64,000 nucleotides of DNA from a virus. The position numbers were made by a program, and so were the translations under genes. Below, one piece after another: positions 1 to 8,012 of this stretch. Under the pieces are notes generated by a model. The model did not search any database. It saw nothing but the letters and a program-made list of their open reading frames with translations, and was not told the DNA's origin. Numbering within the stretch: the stretch's first letter is position 1; each line of letters opens with the position of its first letter. The stretch spans positions 374 through 64,373 of the IMG/VR virus record IMGVR_UViG_3300030390_000232; one strand, 5' to 3'.

Positions 1-130
1 GACCCTCTCAATTTCAGGATTTTGGTAACAAAAGAACATTCCTTTATATTCAACAACTTACACACCACCATGTTAGAACAATTACGGAACATTTCAGTAC
101 ATACAACCATACACCACAATATACCATCAC

Positions 131-159
131 TTGACACCAACTGATAAGTATGACATAAT
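131..159 (+). promoter_or_regulatory. sigma70-type early promoter
   Basis: TTGACA (131-136), 17-nt spacer, CATAAT (154-159) with extended -10 TG at 151-152. Confidence 0.75.
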
Positions 160-205
160 GTCTCTTCAGGTGGGGGATCACTTGAGATTTACACACACAC
201 CAACT

Positions 206-224
206 TGTTACCACTGTGGTAACA
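206..224. promoter_or_regulatory. 19-bp palindrome, copy 1 (TGTTACCAC-W-GTGGTAACA)
   Basis: Perfect inverted repeat, identical at four sites, just upstream of an early-gene SD. Confidence 0.8.
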
Positions 225-249
225 CCAACAGCACTACATGGAGCAACAT

Positions 250-459
250 ATGAAAGACAAATACGACAACGCCACCATCGACTGGGTAGACACACCAACA
301 CGCAGTCAGTTCAAGCAGCAAGCCAAGCAACTGAATGCACTTAGCTATGCCGAATGCGAACGCCTAGTAGAAGTGCTGGAGCAGCAGCTAGCCGAGAGCA
401 ACCGCACACTAAGTAACAAGCTAGCACGCATCACTAACAAGACCCTTGCACATTCGTAA
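250..459 (+). CDS. hypothetical early protein (coiled-coil)
   Basis: ORF open from 238; GGAG SD suggests the ATG at 250 (MKDKYD). Confidence 0.7.
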   Translation: MKDKYDNATIDWVDTPTRSQFKQQAKQLNALSYAECERLVEVLEQQLAESNRTLSNKLARITNKTLAHS

Positions 460-468
460 TCAACTAAC

Positions 469-487
469 TGTTACCACAGTGGTAACA
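469..487. promoter_or_regulatory. 19-bp palindrome, copy 2
   Basis: TGTTACCACAGTGGTAACA directly before ATGGAG SD. Confidence 0.8.
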
Positions 488-618
488 ACATGGAGCAACA
501 CATGGAATACAACACTTGCGACAAGCAACTATTTACCCCAGCAGAACAAGCAGCAATAGCAGAGCACGAAGCCACACACGCTAGGTATCAAGCCAAACAA
601 CAATACATGGAGAACAAC

Positions 619-1524
619 ATGAACAATGCAATCGCAGCACCTCAAGTAGAAGTACCAACACTGGCCGCACGCACACTGGCCATCGACCTCAACATATCAG
701 TGTGGACAGCACGCAAGAAAGACAAACGCGCATCGGCCAAGGTCAACAGCGACAACAATGCTATATCTGACGCGGCCACCGTGGACAAGAACCTACTCGC
801 AGGTTGTGACCTACTCACTGAGATCAAGACCCTAGCAGGCAAGATACGCTCCGAGCATTACGCTTGCACACTACCATGGACTGACAACGGCACGCGCATC
901 ATTATGACCGCAGGCTATCCCGATTACGTTACCAATATGACTGGCTTGCAAGATGACTTCAATTGCCTAGTGGATGAATTCATTGATCAGTATGACTTCG
1001 AGGTTATATCAGCCCGAGCACGCCTAGGTGATATGTTCGACGAAGCCGAGTACCCACCGTCGTGGAAAGTACGCAACAAGTTCGACGTCAAGCTGGTATG
1101 TTCACCCGTGGCTGACATGCACGACTGGCGGCTCGACGTAGACCAAGACGTACAAACATGTTTCGACGAGGCTATGTCCACATACGGCAACGCTATGGAG
1201 CAGCGCATCAATGGCGCCATGACTGACATACACCAACGCTTGCACAAGGTACTGTCCAACATGTCCGAACGACTCGACTACGTAGGTGACAACGACAAGA
1301 AGACGTTTCGCAATACACTGCTCGACAACGTACTCGACATCGTAGACCTCATGCGCAAGTGTAACCTGACCGACGACACCCAACTGACCGCGCAGGCTGA
1401 CACGTTAGAACGTGCGTTACGTGGTGTATCACCCGAGGCATTGCGTGACAGTTCACAACTACGCGCCGAAACCAAGCGCACGGTGGATGAAGTTATCGCA
1501 TCCCTACCATCAATCGACCTGTAA
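619..1524 (+). CDS. DUF3150-like phage protein
   Basis: LNISVWTARKKDK N-terminal motif, helical body and position before AAA/VWA genes. SD-supported ATG at 619; the frame is also open from 490/502. Confidence 0.6.
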   Translation: MNNAIAAPQVEVPTLAARTLAIDLNISVWTARKKDKRASAKVNSDNNAISDAATVDKNLLAGCDLLTEIKTLAGKIRSEHYACTLPWTDNGTRIIMTAGYPDYVTNMTGLQDDFNCLVDEFIDQYDFEVISARARLGDMFDEAEYPPSWKVRNKFDVKLVCSPVADMHDWRLDVDQDVQTCFDEAMSTYGNAMEQRINGAMTDIHQRLHKVLSNMSERLDYVGDNDKKTFRNTLLDNVLDIVDLMRKCNLTDDTQLTAQADTLERALRGVSPEALRDSSQLRAETKRTVDEVIASLPSIDL

Positions 1525-1543
1525 ATTGGGGGGAAGACGTACC

Positions 1544-1735
1544 ATGGATTACTATTCGTGCCATAGCTGTAACACCGTAGAAATTGTCGCCGTACATGGC
1601 GAACCCACTAGCATTGGTGGGTACGAGAAAGTATGTGAGATATGTGCAATACAGATCGAGTGCGAGCTTGATGACGGCACACTAAACAACCACCGACAAC
1701 TTGTTACCACAGTGGTAACACAACCAAACAACTAA
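1544..1735 (+). CDS. small CxxC...CxxC zinc-finger protein
   Basis: MDYYSCHSC...VCEIC; GGGGAAG upstream. Confidence 0.55.
   Translation: MDYYSCHSCNTVEIVAVHGEPTSIGGYEKVCEICAIQIECELDDGTLNNHRQLVTTVVTQPNN
1702..1720. promoter_or_regulatory. 19-bp palindrome, copy 3
   Basis: Identical palindrome inside the 3' end of the preceding ORF, upstream of the AAA ATPase SD. Confidence 0.8.
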
Positions 1736-1748
1736 ATGGAGTAACACA

Positions 1749-2837
1749 ATGAACACACCACAACGTACGTACGCACTTGATCGTAAACAAGCCGTGACTT
1801 TCATCGACAACACCGCCGACATGGTTACCGTGTGTGCGCTAGGTCACACTGGCACAGGCAAGACTTGGATGTTTGAAGAGCTATGCGCTCTCAACCCTGA
1901 CCACATACCATGCTTCTTTGACGGTGCTAACAAAGACCAAGGCGATATGTCTATCCCTGACATCAAGGGCAGCACTGACGCGCTCAAGTTCATACCCAAT
2001 ATCGAGCTGGGTGTACACCACAACAAGCCTATCTTGCTAATGGTTGACGAGTACCCCAAGTGTAACCGCTCAATCAAGCTAATGCTCAACAGCTTAATAC
2101 ACGAGCGCAAGTTCGCAGGTTATACGTTAGCAGAGGGTAGCAAGATTGTACTCACTGGTAACCTTGGCGCTGAGGGATTGGGTGACCTAGTGGAGGCACA
2201 CACCGCTAACCGTATGACTGTGTTTGAACTCAAGAAGCCCGACCACATGGAGTGGATAGCATGGGGTATCAACAACGGCATCGACCCTACTATCCTTGGC
2301 TGGGTGAAAGACAACCCGTCTGTATTCGCTGACTTCCGTGACGTCAAGAACCCTGACGAGAATCATTACATACACCATCCGCAGGCCGTAGGACGTACAG
2401 CATTCTGTACCCCGCGTTCGTTTCACAAGCTGTCTAATATATTCAGCAAGCGCGAACACCTTGACGAACACACACTAACGTGTGCTGCTATTGGTACTAT
2501 CGGCGCAGCCGCCGCGCTTGACCTTATGGCATTCGTAAAGCTGGCCAACCAACTACCATCGGCTGAGTCTATCAAGACTGACCCCGACAACGCGATAGTA
2601 CCTACCAGTGCAAGTGCTGTATGTATGGTTGTGTATCGTACGCTCGCAAGTATGGACAGCACGTTCGTTACGCCGTGGCTCAAGTACCTCAATCGTTTAC
2701 CCGTCGAGGCACAAGGTATGTTCGCCAACGGTGTAATGGTAGATAAGTATCACGCACAGAAAGCTGTCACCACCAACGCAGGTTGGGGTGCGTGGTGTAT
2801 GACTAACACTCACTTATTCTCAGCAGACAAAGTATAG
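1749..2837 (+). CDS. MoxR/dynein-related AAA+ ATPase
   Basis: Walker A GHTGTGKT, Walker B LLMVDE, LTGN sensor, ANRM Arg finger, TPRS sensor II. Confidence 0.85.
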   Translation: MNTPQRTYALDRKQAVTFIDNTADMVTVCALGHTGTGKTWMFEELCALNPDHIPCFFDGANKDQGDMSIPDIKGSTDALKFIPNIELGVHHNKPILLMVDEYPKCNRSIKLMLNSLIHERKFAGYTLAEGSKIVLTGNLGAEGLGDLVEAHTANRMTVFELKKPDHMEWIAWGINNGIDPTILGWVKDNPSVFADFRDVKNPDENHYIHHPQAVGRTAFCTPRSFHKLSNIFSKREHLDEHTLTCAAIGTIGAAAALDLMAFVKLANQLPSAESIKTDPDNAIVPTSASAVCMVVYRTLASMDSTFVTPWLKYLNRLPVEAQGMFANGVMVDKYHAQKAVTTNAGWGAWCMTNTHLFSADKV

Positions 2838-2846
2838 GAGACTGAC

Positions 2847-4103
2847 ATGTTATCAATAGGTAAAGAACTAACCGCAGACCAACGACTACCCAAGGCGCTG
2901 GTATCACTAATGCAAGCCGACAGGTACGTGGCGCTGGCCAGCATATTGATGTTAGGTGACCGCGTGATCGACAACGGCATGACTAACACCGCCGCTACTG
3001 ACGGGCGTGACGAGTGGTACAACTCTGACTTCGTTGACACGCTGACTGACCCCGAGTTACGTGCGCTTATTATTCACGAGTGTAAGCACAAGATGTATCG
3101 GCACTTGCTAACGTGGGGATGGGTGGCTGACAAGTACGGACACGACCTGACCAACCAAGCTATGGACTACGTTATCAACCTAGAGATCGTTGACGAGAAC
3201 CCCGATGGATTCTGTAAGCTACCCGCTTGTGCATTGCTTGACGATAAGTACCGTGGCATGACTACCGCACAGGTGGCCAAGGCATTACACCAAGACCAAC
3301 AGCAACAACCGCCCAATCCTTCAGGCAGTGGTAATGGTACACCTGACAACACGCCACCCGAAGAGGGGCAGAGTGCAGGTAGTAACAAGTCTGGCGGTGG
3401 TATGGACGATCACGACTGGGACGGTGCCAAGGAAATGACAGCCGACGAGCAAGCCGAGCTAACCAAGGAGATTGGCGAGGCTATACGACAGGGTGCGCTT
3501 GCTGCAAGCAAGATGGGTAAGGGTGGCAACACTGACTTCGGTGACCTACTCAAGCCGCAGGTTGACTGGCGCGAGGCATTGCGTGAGTTCGTAAGTGCAA
3601 CGTGTGCAGGTAACGACTACCAAACGTGGAGAAGCCCGAACCGCAAGTACCTAGGCCATGAGATATACATGCCAACGGGGTACAGTGAGACGGTTGACGA
3701 GTTGACTATCGCCATTGATACGTCTGGCTCTATAGGCCAACGTGTTCTCACCAAGTTTATGTCTGAGGTCAAGGGCGTGTGCGATGTAGTCAAGCCCAAT
3801 ACTGTACGCATACTGTACTGGGGTAGTAGCGTAGTAGCTGACGAGGTATACGAGACACACGAGATACCCGACATACTCAACGCGACCAAGCCCGTGGGTG
3901 GTGGTGGCACTGACGCAGCGTGTGTACCTGAGTATATGCGGGCTACTGGTATCAAGAGTCAAGCCACTATCATGTTGACTGACGGTTGCATATACGGTGA
4001 CTGGGGTACATGGGACAACCCACTACTGTGGTGCATCATTGACAACAAACGAGCCGTGCCATCAACAGGCAAGGTATTACATATAAATGGAGGTGACGTA
4101 TGA
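2847..4103 (+). CDS. putative metallopeptidase (HExxH) plus VWA domain protein (DUF2201-like)
   Basis: TAATDG, HECKH, AMDYVIN in the N-domain; MIDAS DTSGS, GGGGT, LTDG in the C-domain; Pro/Gly/Ser linker. Confidence 0.85.
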   Translation: MLSIGKELTADQRLPKALVSLMQADRYVALASILMLGDRVIDNGMTNTAATDGRDEWYNSDFVDTLTDPELRALIIHECKHKMYRHLLTWGWVADKYGHDLTNQAMDYVINLEIVDENPDGFCKLPACALLDDKYRGMTTAQVAKALHQDQQQQPPNPSGSGNGTPDNTPPEEGQSAGSNKSGGGMDDHDWDGAKEMTADEQAELTKEIGEAIRQGALAASKMGKGGNTDFGDLLKPQVDWREALREFVSATCAGNDYQTWRSPNRKYLGHEIYMPTGYSETVDELTIAIDTSGSIGQRVLTKFMSEVKGVCDVVKPNTVRILYWGSSVVADEVYETHEIPDILNATKPVGGGGTDAACVPEYMRATGIKSQATIMLTDGCIYGDWGTWDNPLLWCIIDNKRAVPSTGKVLHINGGDV

Positions 4104-4333
4104 GCAACTATCCGTATGACAACAGGGCGATAGATGTGATATTTATTGCTGATGTGTTCGAGCTTGCATTCGGTGATGATGCAATCGACAAGGGGTATAG
4201 CTACGCTGACGTGTTGACACAACTACGTGAGTTCAGTGACAAAGCACTGGTGACCGATGGTCATGGCTTGACGCAAGAAGAAGTTGACACACTACTATCA
4301 AGTAAGACAGGAGGTATGTTCCATGAGCTTTGA
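4100..4333 (+). CDS. hypothetical protein
   Basis: ATGA overlap with the upstream stop; GGAGG SD. Confidence 0.7.
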   Translation: MSNYPYDNRAIDVIFIADVFELAFGDDAIDKGYSYADVLTQLREFSDKALVTDGHGLTQEEVDTLLSSKTGGMFHEL

Positions 4334-5243
4334 TAAATTTACACACCAACAAGTATCCGAGTTAGTAAAACTAGCCGTGACTGACACAGACCTTTTTTCT
4401 AGTTACCAGCCATATGAGTTGGCTAACTTCATGGAGGAGATACAGAAAAAACTGCGGGGTATACAGTTTGGCCGTATATCAAACAGAATATACGCGTACT
4501 ACCCTGACGAGGTGTTTGCACGTGGTTACGTTAGCTACAGGGATATACGGTACGTCCGTTCAGAACCCCAAAAGTATACGTACAACGTGTCATCACCGAA
4601 TATCGAGAACAATAAGACCGACATGTACAATACTGACAGGTTCTTTCGATTTTCGTCTGCTAACTTAAATACGGCGGTACGTAATGCAGTCAAGTACCTA
4701 CGTGCGTATACACCTACGGACATTATACGGGTGACAACACAGAGCGTTATAGATGGCCGCAACACAATATCGGGGGAGGAGGGGTATGAGATACGTAAAC
4801 TATCTAATGACATAGCGGGCACGAATGTCATATCGAAAGGACTATTTAACGAGCTGATGCACCTGAACAACTCAGGCCATGTATTCATTGAACCTACGTA
4901 CGGTAAAAATGTTGCTGAGTACTTTAAGCTCTATGACGAACACATGCGTAACGAAAAGTCTGGGAGAGATTATACCTTTGTATTAGTCAAGACAGTCGAT
5001 GGGCAGCACGAGTTTACATGTATAGATATAAAAGCCCTAGCTATGCAACATAGCAGAATCAACTACGCTATGAGCGATGCCGAAAGGTTGATAGATGCCA
5101 TGATAGCTACGGCGCGTGTATCAACTGAGTTACCTGATGACGTGTTGTCAAAGGTATCTGTTCTTACCCTAGGTGAAGACGATACGTTCCTTGATGGTGT
5201 TGGCTACAAGTATTGTGACGAGGTGTACTATGTCTATAAGTAG
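4323..5243 (+). CDS. hypothetical protein
   Basis: Long ORF; GGAGG SD before ATG 4323 (MSFDKF). Confidence 0.75.
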   Translation: MSFDKFTHQQVSELVKLAVTDTDLFSSYQPYELANFMEEIQKKLRGIQFGRISNRIYAYYPDEVFARGYVSYRDIRYVRSEPQKYTYNVSSPNIENNKTDMYNTDRFFRFSSANLNTAVRNAVKYLRAYTPTDIIRVTTQSVIDGRNTISGEEGYEIRKLSNDIAGTNVISKGLFNELMHLNNSGHVFIEPTYGKNVAEYFKLYDEHMRNEKSGRDYTFVLVKTVDGQHEFTCIDIKALAMQHSRINYAMSDAERLIDAMIATARVSTELPDDVLSKVSVLTLGEDDTFLDGVGYKYCDEVYYVYK

Positions 5244-5511
5244 GTTGTTCGCCAACAGTGATGTTTTCCCGCCCACCGCTTCGTTTAATGGTGTCATGAT
5301 TAATAAAGGACGAGTCGATGTAACGTGTATTGGTATGGGATGTGTTGATTCCACACTATATGACGTATATGATACCGTCGATGACATGCCAGTATGGGCG
5401 CAAGAACGAATCGCTATGCTTATGGTATGTGAAGATGGGCAGACCATAGACCATATTGGTAGGCGCGTTGACGCTAGTACGTTTTGGCTATTCTCAATGG
5501 GGGGAGAATGA
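5230..5511 (+). CDS. hypothetical protein
   Basis: GAGGTG SD; overlaps neighbouring stops. Confidence 0.65.
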   Translation: MSISRLFANSDVFPPTASFNGVMINKGRVDVTCIGMGCVDSTLYDVYDTVDDMPVWAQERIAMLMVCEDGQTIDHIGRRVDASTFWLFSMGGE

Positions 5512-5675
5512 ATAAAATAATAATACCTGATGCCGCTCTAAAAGAGTGGCACGACAAGTACGACCAATACCTACCCAAACCTGTTAGTACAATGCCGCCT
5601 CCGATTGATGAGGACGCTATGTATATGCAAGCTATGGGGCTAACACAATCAAACCAAGGAGAAGAAGATGTTTAA
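5508..5675 (+). CDS. hypothetical protein
   Basis: GGAG SD, ATGA coupling. Confidence 0.55.
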   Translation: MNKIIIPDAALKEWHDKYDQYLPKPVSTMPPPIDEDAMYMQAMGLTQSNQGEEDV

Positions 5676-5991
5676 GAAATTACTATTGTCACTACTTGTG
5701 GGGACTGGTATCAACAGCACCGCGCACGCACTTACCGCAGAACAATTTAAACAGTTAGCAGACGGGACTTACCGAAACGCTACTACCATGTACCTTGGTG
5801 GGGTGAACGATGCCGTAAGGATTTTTAGTATGTGGTCGAACGAAGACTGCGCAAAGTGGAAGACGTTATCACCAAACCAAATCTTGGCAGCGTTTGAAGC
5901 ACACTATGATGATATAGAAGACAAACAGACGCTTATATCTTATTGGGCGTTCGAGTACTCGTTTAAAAACGGTGGATGCGCCGATGAATGA
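5668..5991 (+). CDS. exported protein with signal peptide, Rap1a-immunity-like pattern
   Basis: MFKKLLLSLLVGTGINSTAHA signal peptide; YLGGVND...C...SPNQI pattern. Confidence 0.5.
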   Translation: MFKKLLLSLLVGTGINSTAHALTAEQFKQLADGTYRNATTMYLGGVNDAVRIFSMWSNEDCAKWKTLSPNQILAAFEAHYDDIEDKQTLISYWAFEYSFKNGGCADE

Positions 5992-6076
5992 AGAATGGGA
6001 TTGGTTGGAGTTTGCATTGTTCGTAATTATATTGTTTGGGGCGAGCCAAGTAATGCGCCACATAATGGGGGTATAG
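5984..6076 (+). CDS. small membrane peptide (30 aa)
   Basis: MNEEWDWLEFALFVIILFGASQVMRHIMGV; overlaps the upstream stop. Confidence 0.45.
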   Translation: MNEEWDWLEFALFVIILFGASQVMRHIMGV

Positions 6077-6175
6077 CATGTTAGATAAATTTATTCATTT
6101 GCTTTGGGGTTGTTTTATAGGGACATGGGCAGTGCTAACAGTTATGTTATTTATAAAAGTGATAGGAGAATTGTA

Positions 6176-6574
6176 ATGGATAAATTAGTAGCAGTAACAG
6201 GTAAATGTAAACTAAAACGCTTTAACTATCCAGTGAGAATCTATGCTACTGATGGTGGACAATCAAGAGATATGATTCACGGAGCTTATCAAGATAAGGA
6301 TGGATGGCATGGCTGTGCTTGGGATGCTGACGGAGCGCCAAGATTCGCAACGATTAACAACGATAAAGCACTAATCAACATACCGCCGCCTAAGTTTTTT
6401 AACATTTACACTAACTGTGTAACGAAACATCAGAGTATTGGTATGCTTTATGACACCTTACCGGAGGCTAAAGACGCATGGAAGATTTGGCGGGACAGCG
6501 ATGCCGAGCTGTACAGAAAAGACGATGATCAAATTAAACTTATAGCTGTTTACACAAACCCAAGAAACTGGTGA
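6176..6574 (+). CDS. hypothetical protein in an AT-richer patch
   Basis: AGGAG SD before ATG 6176 (MDKLVAV). Confidence 0.7.
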   Translation: MDKLVAVTGKCKLKRFNYPVRIYATDGGQSRDMIHGAYQDKDGWHGCAWDADGAPRFATINNDKALINIPPPKFFNIYTNCVTKHQSIGMLYDTLPEAKDAWKIWRDSDAELYRKDDDQIKLIAVYTNPRNW

Positions 6575-6578
6575 CAAC

Positions 6579-6749
6579 ATGAAAATCTACGGAGTGTATG
6601 ACGTTTACGGTGGTGCCAACTACGGTGAGACTGTAGAGATAGACCGATACTATCTATCAAGAGAAAAAGCTCTAGAGTTTATACTCGATGAAGGTGGCCA
6701 CGAGGCGCATATAGATGATTGGTTAGTTGAAATTGAGGTTATAGAATGA
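6579..6749 (+). CDS. hypothetical protein (56 aa)
   Basis: Hand-translated MKIYGVYDVYGG...EIEVIE; ATGA coupling to the next gene. Confidence 0.6.
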   Translation: MKIYGVYDVYGGANYGETVEIDRYYLSREKALEFILDEGGHEAHIDDWLVEIEVIE

Positions 6750-6889
6750 CAGACGTAGTAAAAATGAAAAAGGTAGACCAACTAGCGCGTGCAGCAACCG
6801 CCGCAGAGCGTATAGCTGACGCGGTAGAAAAATTACTTAGGATGATAGAGGAGGAACGTAATGGCGATGACCCCAGAGAAGAAAGTTAA
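6746..6889 (+). CDS. hypothetical protein (47 aa)
   Basis: MTDVVKMKKVDQLARAATAAERIADAVEKLL; GAGG SD. Confidence 0.55.
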   Translation: MTDVVKMKKVDQLARAATAAERIADAVEKLLRMIEEERNGDDPREES

Positions 6890-7184
6890 GATGACTATAA
6901 CTAAGCAGCTAGACTCGTTAGGGTGTTACTACTTTTTCCCAGCCACAGGTGGCTACGGTTCAAGTGGTGTGCCGGATATAGTCGGGTGCTACAAAGGCAA
7001 GTTCTTTGGCATAGAATGTAAAGCGGGTAAGGGTAAGACAACCGCACTGCAAGACATGCACCTGAGTAGGATAGCTATTGCAGGTGGGATAGCTGAGGTA
7101 GTAAATGAGGAGAACATGCACGACATTGTGAACATACTTAATGGGGCAGCTAGTGACCCAAGACAACTAGTTTTAGACTTATAA
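6861..7184 (+). CDS. VRR-NUC domain nuclease / Holliday junction resolvase-like
   Basis: TPEKKVK...GVPDIVGC...FFGIECKAG PD-(D/E)XK signature. Confidence 0.88.
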   Translation: MAMTPEKKVKMTITKQLDSLGCYYFFPATGGYGSSGVPDIVGCYKGKFFGIECKAGKGKTTALQDMHLSRIAIAGGIAEVVNEENMHDIVNILNGAASDPRQLVLDL

Positions 7185-7202
7185 AATCCTGTGGAGGGAA
7201 TT

Positions 7203-8012
7203 ATGGCTAAGAACAAGAAATCTCGTAAGCGTATTAAAGGTACAGAAGTTTGGGCAGACTGTAAGGCAACACCTAGTGATTCGTCCGTGGCACTGCAACA
7301 CTTAAAAGGTAGTGGGGTGTTTCCGGTGGAGCTAGCCGAGCACATTACTAACCTCGGCCCGAAAACCCTAGCCAATGTTATGCAGAGACATAAGACTATG
7401 GGTAAGCTACACATGTTGTTACTGGCTAATAACAAGACAGCGTTCGCTGGTGTTGGTGGTTTTGGCCCAGTTGCGTATCACGATATGTTCCACCTTGTGC
7501 CGGATTATTTTAGGCATGTACAGTCATCCGCCGGTACTCAATGCCCATACGTGCCCAGTGATTTTCCAACTAACCCTTGGTCTGGTAGGTCGGAGACGCC
7601 GGAAAAGAAAGCAAAGTACGCTATAGAAAAGAAAAGTTTTTACCCGTACAAACCTACTGGTAGGGGTAAGAACAAGGATAAGGATAAGGATGTGCCTATC
7701 GTAGACGTCGCAGTGCCCACTTATTTGAAGTCACCACCACCTGTTGTGGTAGAACAAACAACAGGGCTTCCCCCGGAATCCATAAAGGTTGGCGTTAGTG
7801 ATGGCAGCACAGCGAGTTACTACGAGTTACCCGACAAGGCTACTGAGCTGCAACACCTTATCATGTACAAAGATATGAACTCTCAAATGGGTGAGATATT
7901 CCGTTCGTGTTACAGATACGGAGAAGCGTCACACAGTGGCAAGCTGCGTGATGCCAAGAAGATTAAATTTTACATTGAGGCTGAAATCGAGAGGTTAGAG
8001 AAATGGACTTAA
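7203..8012 (+). CDS. protein with C-terminal DUF3310-like domain
   Basis: C-terminal YYELP...GEIFRSCYRYG...RDAKKIKFYIEAEIERL; unrelated basic N-terminal part. Confidence 0.55.
   Translation: MAKNKKSRKRIKGTEVWADCKATPSDSSVALQHLKGSGVFPVELAEHITNLGPKTLANVMQRHKTMGKLHMLLLANNKTAFAGVGGFGPVAYHDMFHLVPDYFRHVQSSAGTQCPYVPSDFPTNPWSGRSETPEKKAKYAIEKKSFYPYKPTGRGKNKDKDKDVPIVDVAVPTYLKSPPPVVVEQTTGLPPESIKVGVSDGSTASYYELPDKATELQHLIMYKDMNSQMGEIFRSCYRYGEASHSGKLRDAKKIKFYIEAEIERLEKWT

Noticed and set aside
191-200. (AC)5 microsatellite as a phase-variation switch
   Set aside because: Short, non-coding and expected in this A/C-skewed region
206-1720. Palindromic repeats as a CRISPR array
   Set aside because: Spacing is irregular (263 bp, 1233 bp), whole genes lie between copies, and there is no cas operon
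1749-4103. AAA plus VWA pair as a cobalamin (CobS/CobT) metabolic gene set
   Set aside because: The partner has an HExxH peptidase domain, and there are no cobN or other cob genes
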